A stretch of DNA of 64,000 nt from Stegostoma tigrinum (lineage: Eukaryota): positions 96,083,187-96,147,186 of the forward strand of contig NC_081362.1 in assembly GCF_030684315.1 (NCBI RefSeq), given 5' to 3'. Position numbers and translations under genes: made by a program. Under the pieces are notes generated by a model. It made no database searches, had not been told where the DNA came from, and saw nothing but the letters and a program-made list of their open reading frames with translations. Positions 11,797-25,784 of the stretch are shown here, one piece after another (position 1 is the first letter of the stretch; every line of letters begins with the position of its first letter).

Positions 11797-13650
11797 ATGT
11801 CTTTGATGTTCCAGAAGCCCGTTCTGTCAAAAAGCTGATTTTTGTTTTGTTTATCTCTAGTTTCCTGGCTTGTTTCCTGTTCGCTTGCCTGGGACTTGGT
11901 GACCATCAGGTTAAACTTCCATTAGTCTCTCTCTCTCTCTCCCCCTCTCTCCGTCTCTCTCCCGTTGCCCCACCCCACCCACCCTCCTCCTCACCCCTCA
12001 ACCCGTCTCTCTTTCTAATGAGAGAGCAGTCCGATGGTGTGGTAAGACAATGGCAACTATACCTTAAACTGTTGACCCTGGAGTAGAGCTGAGGAGATCT
12101 TTAATAGATTCTCTGATGAGAGTCAGCTCCTTTTTGAGATGACATATTGAGATCAAATTCTGAGAACAATTCAAAATAAATTGACTTTGGGCAATAACTT
12201 TTACACAAAACAGATGGATTGTTATCTGACAAGTGGAAGAGTGGTGCAAATCAATGGTTTGTGGCCAGGTGGTTGCTGCTATCTTTAAATTCTTGCCTTA
12301 TCACTGAATTTTGAGGAGGCCTTTTGGCGGAACGGAATATTGTAGCATGTTGGACCAATGTTATCTCACACAGTCACACTTATATTGTCATGGAGCTGCA
12401 AGACTGGAGATAACTGACAGCATCAAGGGTCACATAGGAATATACACAGCAGATAGCTAACTCCATGGGGGGTGCAGTTGGGGAGTTTGAGATGGAAAGC
12501 TGCTGGGGCTGAAAAGGAAAGAGTTACATATTTAAGGCAATTGCTTCATATTTTGACCAGATGGAGCTTGTAGAATTAAATATGGTCAGGATTGAATAAT
12601 CAGGATGTCAAAAAGTCACAGTGTGCAATGGGGAATAAATGAGTAAACATTGTGGTTTCTGTATACATTTGAACATACACTTAGACAAACATACAGACAA
12701 ACAAGGAACAAGAGTAGGCCATTCAGCCCGTCAAGCCTATAAATTACAGTGATCAAAATTGAAAGATGGATGCTGTAAATCAGGAACAAGAACAAAAGTT
12801 ACTCGAAAAGCTCAGAAGATCTAGCAACACCTGTGAAGAAAAATCCGCGTCAATAATGCTCTGAGGAAGGATCACTGGACCTGAAACACTAACTCATGTT
12901 TCTTCACAGACGCTGCCAGACCTGCTGACCTTTTCCAGCAGCTTCTGCTTTCGCTCCAAATTACTGTGATGATTATTTTCAGCAGTTTCCCACATAACCT
13001 GCATTCCGTTCCAATGTGTTATCCCCTGCGGAGGGCTCAGCCCCATGTTCACCTGTTTATTCATCAATGCCGTTTGCACAGATTACATTGTGTTCAGACC
13101 GGACCCCAGTTGGGTTCCACTTCCTGGTGTGATAGCCCCAAACAGTTATGGTCCCAGGTGAGAAAGGATGAACTGACTCCTCTTCCAAATTCAACTCCTC
13201 TCTCTCAGTTGGCCACAACAAGATTAATTTGAAATGGCTGTTTTTCCCTCACAGATACCTTGTTCAAATGCATTTCCATTCTATAATAATTCAAATTAAT
13301 CTGGGTTTCTTTATCCAAACTAACCGTAGAAAAGATGGTAAAACACAGAGACTGAGATGATAACTGTTAAAAAGATATCCAAACCAGCCTTTGGGTTTCG
13401 TCAAGAGTAAGGTAAATGTAAAGTTATCCTGTTCTCAGAGGGCCATAGTTCCAGAGGACAGCTATTATTGGAGAGAGAGTGAGAGAGACAGAACGAGAGA
13501 ATTGGTGGAGGTTTAACTGTGGGTCACCATGCCTCAGGCGAAGGTAGAGTTTGAGGAGATTGGAGCTGCCTGGCAACCTCAGGCAGTGTGGGAATTGAAA
13601 CTGCACTGATGGTATTGCTGTATGTCGTAAAACAGCACCAAGTCAACTGA

Positions 13651-13868
13651 GATAACAAGGTGTGGAGCTGGAAGAACACAGCAGGCCAAGCAGCATCAAA
13701 GGAACAGGAAAGCTGACATTTCAGGTCGAGACCCTTCTTCAGAAATTTATGAAGGGTCTAGACCCAAAAGGACAGCTTTCCTGCTTCTCTGATGCAGCTT
13801 GGCCTGCTGTGTTCATCCAGCTCTACACCTTGTTATCTCAGATTGTCCAGCATCAGCAGTTCCTACTA
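13651..13868. mobile_element. Miniature inverted pair of Penelope tails
   Basis: Minus tail 13651-~13743 abuts plus tail ~13748-13868; AGTCAACTGAG flanks both sides. Confidence 0.7.
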
Positions 13869-14445
13869 GCCCAGTCAACTGAGCTAACCGGCCCCGCAGC
13901 CCCCACACTATCCTACCCTTGTAGAGTCAATGGTGAAATATTGTTGCTGTTTAAACAAGAAAACAAAGAACAGTGCAGCACAGGAACAGGTCCTTTGGCC
14001 CACCACGACTGCATTGACATATGATGCATTTCTAAATTAAAAACTTTTTCCCTCTGCATGCTTTGTATCCCTCCATTCTCTGCCTACTCAGCTATCAGAT
14101 AAATGATGATCTCCTGGTTTGCTGGGCTTCCAGCTCCCAGAGTGTAAGAACTACTGTGTTCTCCTTACCTGTTGCTAAGGTGTGTCTAATTGCTATTCCC
14201 AAGCTGTGACCTTTGCTGGACTGGAATCCACACCAGCACATCAGCCCATGAACACACACAAACCAGGGATAGCAGTTGGCTGTTAATTCCTTGAGTACAT
14301 TTCGAGAAGAGTAAACCTCACAATGCCTGCAGTTTAGGACTTGATCCACAGAAATGACATTCTGCTGAAAGGAGTAGACAGCTCCCATTCTCTCTGTAGC
14401 CATTGGATCTTGCTAAGCTTTGAAATGCATTCTCACTTTGATGTT

Positions 14446-17098
14446 AATAAAATGTGAGGCTGGATGAACACAGCAGGCCAAGCAGCATCTCAGGAGCACA
14501 AAAGCTGACGTTTCGGGCCTAGACCCTTCATCAGAGAGGGGGATGGGGGGAGGGAACTGGAATAAATAGGGAGAGAGGGGGAGGCGGACCGAAGATGGAG
14601 AGTAAAGAAGATAGGTGGAGAAGGTGTGGGTGGGGAGGTAGGGAGGGGATAGGTCAGTCCAGGGAAGATGGACAGGTCAAGGAGGTGGGATGAGGTTAGT
14701 AGGTAGCTGGGGGTGCGGCTTGGGGTGGGAGGAAGGGATGGGTGAGAGGAAGAACCGGTTAGGGAGGCAGAGACAGGTTGGACTGGTTTTGGGATGCAGT
14801 GGGTGGGGGGGAAGAGCTGGGCTGGTTGTGTGGTGCAGTGGGGGGAGGGGATGAACTGGGCTGGTTTAGGGATGCAGTGGGGGAAGGGGAGATTTTGAAA
14901 CTGGTGAAGTCCACATTGATACCATATGGCTGCAGGGTTCCCAGGCGGAATATGAGTTGCTGTTCCTGCAACCTTCGGGTGGCATCATTGTGGCAGTGCA
15001 GGAGGCCCATGATGGACATGTCATCAAGAGAATGGGAGGGGGAGTGGAAATGGTTTGCGACTGGGAGGTGCAACCTGCCTGCCCTGGTCGACCAATCGTC
15101 TCAGCCTGCTCCTGCCCCACCGAACTCATCTCCACCTATCTGGACTCCATTTTCTCCCCTTTGGTCCAGGAACTCCCCACCTATGTCCGTGACACCACCC
15201 ACGCCCTCCACCTCCTCCAGGACTTCCAATTCCCTGGCCCCCAACACCTCATATTCACCATGGACGTCCAGTCCCTGTACACCTGCATTCCGCATGGAGA
15301 TGGCCTCAAGGCCCTCCGCTTCTTCCTGTCCCGCAGGCCCGACCAGGCCCCCTCCACCGACACTCTCATCCGCCTAGCGGAACGCGTCCTCACACTCAAC
15401 AACTTCTCTTTTGACTCCTCCCACTTCCTACAGACTAAGGGGGTGGCCATGGGCACCCGCATGGGCCCCAGCTATGCCTGCCTCTTTGTAGGTTACGTGG
15501 AACAGTCCATCTTCCGCACCTACACAGGCCCCAAACCCCACCTCTTCCTCCGGTACATTGATGACTGTATCGGCGCCGCCTCTTGCTCCCCAGAGGAGCT
15601 CGAACAGTTCATCCACTTCACCAACACCTTCCACCCCAACCTTCAGTTCACCTGGGCCATCTCCAGCACATCCCTCACCTTCCTGGACCTCTCAGTCTCC
15701 ATCTCAGGCAACCAGCTTGTAACTGATGTCCATTTCAAGCCCACCGACTCCCACAGCTACCTAGAATACACCTCCTCCCACCCACCCTCCTGCAAAAATT
15801 CCATCCCCTATTCCCAATTCCTCCGCCTCCGCCGCATCTGCTCCCACGATAAGACATTCCACTCCCGCACATCCCAGATGTCCAAGTTCTTTAAGGACCG
15901 CAACTTCCCCCCCACGGTGATTGAGAACGCCCTTGACCGCGTCTCCCGCATTTCCCGCGACACATCCCTCACACCCCGCCCCCGCCACAACCGCCCCAAG
16001 AGGATCCCCCTCGTTCTCACACACCACCCTACCAACCTCCGGATACAACGCATTATCCTCCGACACTTCCGCCATTTACAATCCGACCCCACCACCCAAG
16101 ACATTTTTCCATCCCCACCCCTGTCTGCTTTCCGGAGAGACCACTCTCTCCGTGACTCCCTTGTTCGCTCCACACTGCCCTCCAACCCCACCACACCCGG
16201 CACCTTCCCCTGCAACTGCAGGAAATGCTACACTTGTCCCCACACCTCCTCCCTCACCCCCATCCCAGGCCCCAAGATGACATTCCACATTAAGCAGAGG
16301 TTCACCTGCACATCTGCCAATGTGGTATACTGCATCCACTGTACCCGGTGTGGCTTTCTCTACATTGGGGAAACCAAGCGGAGGCTTGGGGACCGCTTTG
16401 CAGAACACCTCCGCTCAGTTCGCAACAAACAACTGCACCTCCCAGTCGCAAACCATTTCCACTCCCCCTCCCATTCTCTTGATGACATGTCCATCATGGG
16501 CCTCCTGCACTGCCACAATGATGCCACCCGAAGGTTGCAGGAACAGCAACTCATATTCCGCCTGGGAACCCTGCAGCCATATGGTATCAATGTGGACTTC
16601 ACCAGTTTCAAAATCTCCCCTTCCCCCACTGCATCCCTAAACCAGCCCAGTTCATCCCCTCCCCCCACTGCACCACACAACCAGCCCAGCTCTTCCCCTC
16701 CACCCACTGCATCCCAAAACCAGTCCAACCTGTCTCTGCCTCCCTAACCGGTTCTTCCTCTCACCCATCCCTTCCTCCCACCCCAAGCCGCACCCCCAGC
16801 TACCTACTAACCTCATCCCACCTCCTTGACCTGTCCGTCTTCCCTGGACTGATCTATCCCCTCCCTACCTCCCCACCCACACCTTCTCCACCTATCTTCT
16901 TTACTCTCCATCTTCGGTCCGCCTCCCCCTCTCTCCCTATTTATTCCAGTTCCCTCCCCCCATCCCCCTCTCTGATGAAGGGTCTAGGCCCGAAACATCA
17001 GCTTTTGTGCTCCTGAGATGCTGCTTGGCCTGCTGTGTTCATCCAGCCTCACATTTTATTATCTTGGAATCTCCAGCATCTGGAGTTCCCATTATCTG
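14446..17098 (+). mobile_element. Young 5'-truncated Penelope-like element (Neptune-type) with 627-bp inverted arm and 15-bp TSD
   Basis: 14446-15072 is the reverse complement of 16434-17060. TSD TCTCACTTTGATGTT at 14431-14445 and 17099-17113. Confidence 0.92.
15073..16747 (+). CDS. Penelope RT + Zn-linker + GIY-YIG endonuclease (open, N-terminally truncated)
   Basis: GRPIVS, TMDVQSLYT, GVAMGTRMGPSYA, LRYIDD, CRKCYTC linker, NVVYCIHC..YIGETKRRL..RFAEH. The N-terminal ~39 aa of track ORF 14957..16747 is read-through from the inverted arm. Confidence 0.88.
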
Positions 17099-18234
17099 TC
17101 TCACTTTGATGTTGTCAGCTTCCCAGAACCTTTAGAGATGTGCCTGACTAGGTTTCTCTCAGAAGTTTGTCAGACAGCAACTCAATTTACAACCATTATC
17201 CATTTTGTGCTGTCATGTCTAAATACCATATCTTTTAATTTCCTTCCTTTCAGGAATGTGGATTAACAGCAGTAGATCCTGCTCTAAACAAAGGAAACTC
17301 TACTTAGTGATAGCTGCAGTTTTAAAAATCATGCTTACTGGAGCACACTGTGAGTTTATAACATTGTGACTTCATAGAACAGGGAGAGCACAGAGAGACA
17401 CCACAGAGATGAACAGTTCTGAACTGAGGAACAACTGGTGATGGAGGGTGTGCATGCTTGTGGATGTGGTACCAATCAAGCGGCTGCTTTTTCTTGGATG
17501 GTGTGAAGCTTCTTGAGTGCTCTTGGAGTTGCATCCATCCAGGCAAGTGGGGAGTGTTCCACCACACTCCTGGCTTGTTGATTGTGGACAAGCTTTGGGG
17601 AGTCGGGAGGAGAGTTACATCAAAATCGCACACAATATTCCAGGTGTAGTCTTACAAAGGACGTGTTAAGTTGCAGCAAGACATTCCTGCACCTGTATTC
17701 AAATCCTCTCGCTATGAAAACCCTCATGACATTCGCCTACCTTTCAGTGCCTGGTGTTCAAGGACACGCAGATGTCATCACATCTCCCCCTTTTCCCAAT
17801 CTATCACCCTTCAGAAAATAATTGGCCTCCTTTTTTTGTACCAAAGTGGATAACCTCACATTTATCCACATTATCCTGCATCCGTCATGCATTTGCTAGT
17901 CACTCAACTTGTCCAATTCACAGTGAAGCACATCTGCATCCTCATAGTTCACCCTCACATCCAGCGTTGTGTCATCAGCAAACTTGGACACATTGCATTT
18001 AGCTTCCTCATTTAAATCATCAATGTATATTGTGAATAGCTGGGGTCCTAACACTGACACCTGTGATACCTCACTAGTCTACAATTTGGGGAAAGATTTA
18101 TTTATTCTTATTTTTCATTTCCTTTGCCAACCTATTCTCTGTCAGTATCTACCCCCAATCACATGTGTGCTCATGGAACATGTTACTCTGCACTGTGGGA
18201 CCGTATTGAAAGCTTTCTGAAATTAATCTTGCAT

Positions 18235-20003
18235 CAACAGCAAAGAACCCACCTGCCCTGGTCGACCCATCGTCTCAGCCTGCTCCTGCCCCACCGAACT
18301 CATCTCCACCTATCTGGACTCCATTTTCTCCTCTTTGGTCCAGGAACTCCCCATCTACGTCCGTGACACCATCCACGCCCTCCACCTTCTCCAGAACTTC
18401 CAATTCCCTGGCCCCCAACACCTCATTTTCACCATGGACGGCCAGTCCCTATACACCTGTATTCTGCATGCAGATGGCCTCAAGGCCCTCCGCTTCTTCC
18501 TGTCCCGCAGGCCCAACCAGTCCCCCTCCATTGACACCCTCATCCGCCTAGCCAAACTCAACCACTTCTCTTTCACTTCCTCCCACTTCCTACAGACAAA
18601 GGAGGTGGCCATGGGCACCTGCATGGGCCCAAGCTATGCCTGCCTCTTTGTAGGTTACGTGGAACAGTCCCTCTTCCATACCTACACAGGCCCCAAACCC
18701 TACCTCTTCCTCCGTTACATTGATGACTGTATCGGCGCCGCCTCTTGCTCCCAAGAGGAGCTCGAACAGTTCATCTGCTTCATCAACACCTTCCACCCCA
18801 ACCTCAAGTTCACCTGGACCATCTCCAGCACATCCCTCACCTTCCTGGACCTCTCTGTCTCCATCTCAGGTAACCAGCTGGAAACCTATGTCCATTTCAA
18901 ACCCACCGACTCCCACAGCTACCTAGAATACACCTCCTCCCACCCACCCTCCTGCAAAAATTCCACCCCCTTTTCCCAATTCCTTCACCTCCGCCGCATC
19001 TGCTCCCAGGATGAGGCATTCCACTCCCGCACATCCCAGATGTCCACGCTCTTCAACGACTGCAACACCCCCCCTGCTGTGGTCGAGAACGCTCTTGACC
19101 ACGTCTCCTGCATTTCCCGCAACACATTCCTCACACCCTACCCCCGCAACAACCGCCCTAAGAGGATCCCCCTCGTCTTCACACACCACTTCACCAACCT
19201 TTGGATACAACTCATCATCCTCCGACACTTCCGCCATCTACAATCCGACCCCACCGCCCAAGACATTTTTCCATCCCCATCCTTGTCTGCCTTCCAGAGA
19301 GACCACTCCCTCCGTGACTCCCTTGTCCACTCCACAATCCCCTCCAACCCCACCACACCCGGCACATTCCCCTGCAACCGCAGGAAATGCTACACTTGCC
19401 CCCACACCTCCTCCCTCACCCCTATCCCAGGCCCCAAGATGACTTTTCATATTAAGCAGATGTTCACCTGCACATCTGCCAATGTGGTATACTGTATCCA
19501 CTGTACCCAGTGTGGCTTCCTCTACATTGGGGAAACCAAGCAATAAATAACTGCACCTCCCAGTCGCGAACCATTTCAACTCCCCCTCCCATTCCTTAGA
19601 CGACATGTCCATCATGGGCCTCCTGCAGTGCCACAATGATGCCACCGGAAGGTTGCAGGAACAGCAACTCATATTCCGCTTGGGAACCCTGCAGCCCAAT
19701 GGTATCAATGTGGATTTCACAAGCTTCAAAATTTCCCCTTTCCCCACTGCATCACAAAACCAGCCCAGCTCGTCACTGCCTCCCTAACATGTTCTTCCTC
19801 TCACCTATCCCCTCCTCCCACCTCAAGCCACACCTCCATTTCCCACCTACTAACCTCATCCTGCCTCCTTGACCTGTCTGTCCTCTCTGGACTGACCTAT
19901 CCCCTCCCTGGCTCTCTGACGAAGGGTCTAGGCCCGAAACGTCAGCTTTTGTGCTCCTGAGATGCTGCTTGGCCTGCTGTGTTCATTCAGCCTCACATTT
20001 TAT
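18235..20003 (+). mobile_element. Older degenerate Penelope copy (RT + GIY-YIG, internal deletion and stop)
   Basis: ORF 18335..19546 has RYIDD and YIGETKQ*; tail with hammerhead core at 19916. Confidence 0.9.
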
Positions 20004-21430
20004 TACCCTCCCTACCTCCCCACCTATACTCTCTCCACCTATCTTCTTTTCTATCCACACCATCTCCATCTCAGGCAACCAGCTTGTAACTGATGTCCAT
20101 TTCAAGCCCACCGACTCCCACAGCTACCTAGAATACACCTCCTCCCACCCACCCTCCTGCAAAAATTCCATCCCCTATTCCCAATTCCTCCGCCTCCGCC
20201 GCATCTGCTCCCACGATAAGACATTCCACTCCCGCACATCCCAGATGTCCAAGTTCTTCAAGGACCGCAACTTTCCCCCCACGGTGATCGAGAACGCCCT
20301 TGACCGCGTCTCCCGCATTTCCCGCGACACATCCCTCACACCCCGCCCCCGCCACAACCGCCCCAAGAGGATCCCCCTCGTTCTCACACACCACCCTACC
20401 AACCTCCGGATACAACGCAGTATCCTCCGACACTTCCGCCATTTACAATCCGACCCCACCACCCAAGACATTTTCCCATCCCCTCCCCTGTCTGCTTTCC
20501 GGAGAGACCACTCTCTCCGTGACTCCCTTGTTCGCTCCACACTGCCCTCCAACCCCACCACACCCGGCACCTTCACCTGCAACCGCAGGAAATGCTACAC
20601 TTGTCCCCACACCTCCTCCCTCACCCCCATCCCAGGCCCCAAGATGGCATTCCACATTAAGCAGAGGTTCACCTGCACATCTGCCAATGTGGTATACTGC
20701 ATCCACTGTACCCGGTGTGGCTTCCTCTACATTGGGGAAACCAAGCGGAGGCTTGGGGACCGCTTTGCAGAACACCTCCGCTCAGTTCGCAACAAACAAC
20801 TGCACCTCCCAGTCGCAAACCATTTCCACTCCCCCTCCCATTCTTTAGATGACATGTCCATCATGGGCCTCCTGCACTGCCACAATGATGCCACCCGAAG
20901 GTTGCAGGAACAGCAACTCATATTCCGCCTGGGAACCCTGCAGCCATATGGTATCAATGTGGACTTCACCAGTTTCAAAATCTCCCCTTCCCCTACTGCA
21001 TCCCTAAACCAGCCCAGTTCATCCCCTCCCCCCACTGCACCACACAACCAGCCCAGCTCTTCCCCCCCACCCACTGCATCCCAAAACCAGTCCAACCTGT
21101 CTCTGCCTCCCTAACCGGTTCTTCCTCTCACCCATCCCTTCCTCCCACCCCAAGCCGCACCCCCAGCTACCTACTAACCTCATCCCACCTCCTTGACCTG
21201 TCCGTCTTCCCTGGACTGACCTATCCCCTCCCTACCTCCCCACCTACACTCTCTCCACCTATCTTCTTTACTCTCCATCTTCGGTCCGCCTCCCCCTCTC
21301 TCCCTATTTATTCCAGTTCCCTCCCCCCATCCCCCTCTCTGATGAAGGGTCTTGGCCCGAAACGTCAGCTTTTGTGCTCCTGAGATGCTGCTTGGCCTGC
21401 TGTGTTCATCCAGCCTCACATTTTATTATC
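20004..21430 (+). mobile_element. Third Penelope copy (3' half), in tandem with the previous one
   Basis: ~20060-21430 is nearly identical to ~15699-17062 and is preceded by a short 3'-UTR fragment. Confidence 0.9.
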
Positions 21431-21699
21431 AAAGGAAATGGTGAACTGTTTTTTAAACAGATGCAGATGGTCAGGTGTAGGGACACCAGTAGTGCTGTTG
21501 GAAAGCGAGTTCTAGATTTTTGACCCAGTAATAATGAAGGGACAAAGATGTAATTTTGTCAGGCTGATATGTGTGTCAGAGGGGAGCTTTCAGTTGGTGG
21601 AGTTCCCATGCATACAACTATTGCAGCTATTGTATTTATAGCAAACAAAAACAGAAATTACTGGAGAAACTCAGCACATCTGGCAGGATCTCCTCTTGA

Positions 21700-22500
21700 T
21701 AACTTACAGTCCTACTTATTTTGATGTCTCAGCAAATTTAGCCACCAATCATTTGGCTCCTGCATCCATGTCATGGATAAAGATTGTAAATGATTCAGGC
21801 TTCAACGCTTACGTCTGTGGTACACTGCTAGTTAATCTGCCAACGCAAAAAAAAATCCATTTTAGCTTGAATCTCAGCTTCCTGTTTCCTAGCCAATCTT
21901 TTATCCATAATAATATGTTACTTTGAAGGCCAGGCTTTCTAATCTTGAGCAAAGACTTTTGATGCCACAGCTTACTAAATGCCTTTTGGAAAACCAAATA
22001 CAACATAACTCCTTGTTCCCCTTCATCCACCCTGCATGTTCCTTCTTCAAAATCCCTAATACATTCCATAAGGCCATCAGACCATCAGACCATAAGACCA
22101 TAAGACATAGGAGTGGAAGTAAGGCCATTCAGCCCATCGAGTCCACTCCGCCATTTAATCATGGCTGATGGGCATTTAAACTCCACTTACCATGCACTCT
22201 CCCAGTAGCTCTTGATTCCTTGTGAGATCAAGAATTTGTCGCTCTCTTCCTTGAAGGCATCTAACATCCTAGCCTCCACTGCACTCCGTGGCAATGAATT
22301 CCACAAACCCACCACTCTCCGGCTGAAGAAATGTCTCGTAATTTCCATTTTAAATGTCCCCCCTCTAATTCTAAGGCTGTGCCCACGGGTCCTAGTCTCC
22401 CCTGCTAACGGAAACAACTTCCTAGCATCCACCCCTTCTAAGCCATACATTATCTTGTAAGTTTCTATTAGATCTCCCCTCAATCTTCTAAACTCTAATG
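21700..22500 (-). mobile_element. CR1 fragments (old RT piece plus younger 3' end at ~22090-22500)
   Basis: ORFs 21809..22069 (YLVFQKAFSK..LWIKDWL) and 22187..22540 (RRLRGDLIETYKI..TRGHSL..WNSLP). Confidence 0.8.
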
Positions 22501-22914
22501 ATATTCCTTTCACAAAGCCAATCTTGTTGTGCCCGATCACATTATAAAGTTTCCTATATAACTTCCCTCATAATGGATTCTAACAATTTCCCTGTGGCAG
22601 ACACTGGACTGACTGTCATATAGGTTCCTGCTTTGTCTCCTTTCTTTCTTGAATAAAATTGTTATGCCCATGTGTGGACACAGTAAAAAGTAAACTTATT
22701 GTCAAACTTGCTGGAAGCAAAGCTTGGGGCAGGCATTTTAAAACACTACAAGTAAAACCTGTTGCGTACATAGAAACTATTTCCACCTCTGCACTTAGAC
22801 TGTAAAACACTAACCCCATTGTTGTGTAAGACAGTTAATACATGAAAGGGTTAAGTGGCAGCACTGAATAAGCTCCACCCATTAGAATATAAAGGACCAT
22901 TCCAAGGAGGAGAT

Positions 22915-23230
22915 CTCTCTGCTATAGGAAGAATATTGTGAAACTTGAAAGGGTTCAGAAAAGATTTACGAGGATGTTGCCAGGTTTGGGGTGTTTAAGC
23001 TGTATGGAGAGGCTGAATAGACAGGGACTATTTTCCCTGAAGCGTCAGAGGCTGTGGAGTGAGGTTTGTAAAATCACGAGGGGTGTGGATAGGGTAAATG
23101 GGCAAGGTATTTTCTCCAGAGTAGGGGAGTCCAAAACTAGAGGGGCTTAAGATAAGAGGGGAAAAATTTGAAAGAGACCTAAGGGACAACTCTTTTATAC
23201 AGAGGGTGGCCCATGTATAGAATGAACTAT
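22915..23230 (+). mobile_element. CR1 3' fragment
   Basis: KLERVQKRFTRMLPGL..ERLNRQGLFSL. Confidence 0.8.
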
Positions 23231-25644
23231 TAATGTGAAGTTAATTTTGGGTTGAGCCTGATATCTCACTAGAGACCATCCTGTATCTTGAATGTTATGC
23301 AGCCAACTATTATGCAAAATACAATATAACTAAGATAATACAAATTTAACTGTTTAACTGAGACCAAGACGAGCTTCTGCATAAGGCTTCATGTAGGTTT
23401 CGTTCCTACATGTCAGCAGCCTGGGCCAATAACAACAAGAAGAACTGATGGCAAAGAATCTAGACAAGACATCCCAAACCATTCCAGAAGAAACAAAATT
23501 GCACCAGGCCTGTGATCAAGGTTGCCCTGTACAGATACAGACCTGCCAGTTTGTGGCAGCTCACATTCTCAAATACCTACAATCCCATGGAGACCCTCAC
23601 ACACCCACACTTCCTAATCATCTCACTCAGACACAAATACTCAAATATACATGCACACTCAAAAGCACGCGCACATTCAAATGTAGGCATGCACTTTCGC
23701 CAGGCTAATGCCTCTGTTACACAGCTACACATAGACATAGTGCTCACCTGTGCACGAGTATTAGAGGTGAATTTGAATAAACTTGCATGTCCTGGAGTAT
23801 AGAAGGTCAAACAGTGATCAAATCAAATTGTTTCAAACAGTTAGAAAGGTTGACACGGTAGGTAGAGATAATCCACACCCTGTAGTGAGGGAAACAAGAA
23901 CAAGAGGGTCTAAACTCAGGAACTAGCTCAGTTTAGAAAACTGTTTGGAATGGATGAGTTGGGCTGCAGGGCCTGTTTCCATGCTGTATGACTCTTCAGT
24001 CTTAAATTTAGAGTCAGATCAAGGTTCTGGATGTTAGCTGAAGCCTTCATGACTGAGATTAGAGTCACAGATTTCTACAGCACGGAGACAAAACCTTTGG
24101 CCCAAACTGGTCCATACTGACCAAAATATCCATCCACACTAAGCCCATTTCCCTGCACTTGATCTGTATCCTTCGAAACCTTTCCTATCCATGTATTCAT
24201 CCAAATGTCTTTTAAATGTTGTCAATGTACCCGTCTCAACCACTTCCACTTAATAACAACTAATTCAATTAGTTATGTTAATTAAGATTTATGAGTTTTT
24301 ATTTTTTGTCAAGGAATATGCGACAAAGACTGATGAATGGATTAAACCACAGACTAGTCATAATCTGATTGAATGGCAGAATGGGTGAGAGGGGCTGAAA
24401 TGCCTCCTGTGTGTATAGGTGCTGATATTAAACATTTTATTTTTCTGGTGAATAGTTCTTGTTCAACATGGGTAAATCTGTAGAATGGACAGAGAAGGAT
24501 GTGCTGTACAAATTTAATTTTACAGAATGATGTCGGAGCATAAATATATATATTAACTGAACGTGCTCGAGGCGGGTTTGTGGTTCAGAACAGCAACAAG
24601 ATTAACACACAAGTTATTGTGACAATTGGTCATCTTCAGTACTTCTTTCTCATTTAGTTTGGTGGAAAGGGGACTTTTGTAAAATGATTAGAATCCTTGT
24701 AATTGTCACAATATTTGACAGGGAGAGAGCCTGGTCCTTTACAGATTTTGTTTAGCATCCACAGGAATGGACATTGTGTCTTGCAGCTATGTATTGATTT
24801 CCCTTAGATGAGCTGCCCCTTAGTTTAAAAGCCCAGGAGCATCTTAGTGATATTGTAAAGCGTGGGTGTGTGTAACCAGGGTTGAGAACATTACAACATA
24901 AATGCAACAATAAAAGAATGATGCACGCCCTAGAGATGAAGTGGATTTTGAGTCTCATCCAGCTGTACTTGAAATAACCCCTTGTCCCTTTGAATTAACC
25001 CCTTATCCTAAAGCAACATAACTTCACTATGTCACAAACACACTGCAACCATTGCACCTTTGAAATGTAGTCACTGTTGTAATATAGAAAAGAGGGCAGC
25101 CAACTTGTGTGTGGCAAGCTCTCACAAACACAAACGTGATAATGACCAATTTATTAATGGATTGCTGAATAACTATTTGTCAGAACTAATAAAAAAATTA
25201 ATAACTATAACTTAAGCCTGCTCTTGCTCTTTTTCGAAATTGTACATCTCTTATGCTCATCAGAGAGCTCAGCCATGGCTTCATCAGAGGTTTGACCTGG
25301 CTCTTTCCCACATGATTCCTGTTGGTGCACTGCACTATGCTATGCTGGGCTGCCCCAAGTCTTCACTTCTTTGACTCACATCTGCTATCACTCACCCATT
25401 TTCTATGTTTCCCTATTGATTGCTTCGGCCATCCATTCTGGGCCTCTGTCCTTCCACCACATTGTTATTCTCTCCACTTTTATCTGCATTGTCAGAGTTT
25501 ACTTGGCCAGTCCTGACCTTGACAACCATCATTGACTGTCCCATTCAAACTTGGTGTTCACTTTCTTGCCTGACCATTTTATTGTTTGTTGTAGGTGATG
25601 TGGTTCCTGCCCTTGGTTACCCTGCTTCAGATGAACAGAATGGG

Positions 25645-25784
25645 TGTACAGCTCTAGATATACAACTCTGAATGTGCAGCTCTGAATGTACAACTCTGGA
25701 TGTACAACTCTACATAAACAATTCTACATGTATACCTCTGCATGTTCACCTCTGGATATACACCTTTGGATGTACAGCTCCAAA
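25645..25784. repeat. Degenerate 14-bp minisatellite, ~10 units
   Basis: Consensus TGTACA(A/G)CTCTGGA, units in register from 25645 to 25784. Confidence 0.85.

Noticed and set aside
14095-14403. Cys/Trp-rich minus ORF with a CAG|GTAAGG donor
   Set aside because: No Ig C-domain or TM motif in any frame examined.
14778-21095. Many overlapping antisense and alternate-frame ORFs
   Set aside because: Shadows of the C-rich Penelope ORF.
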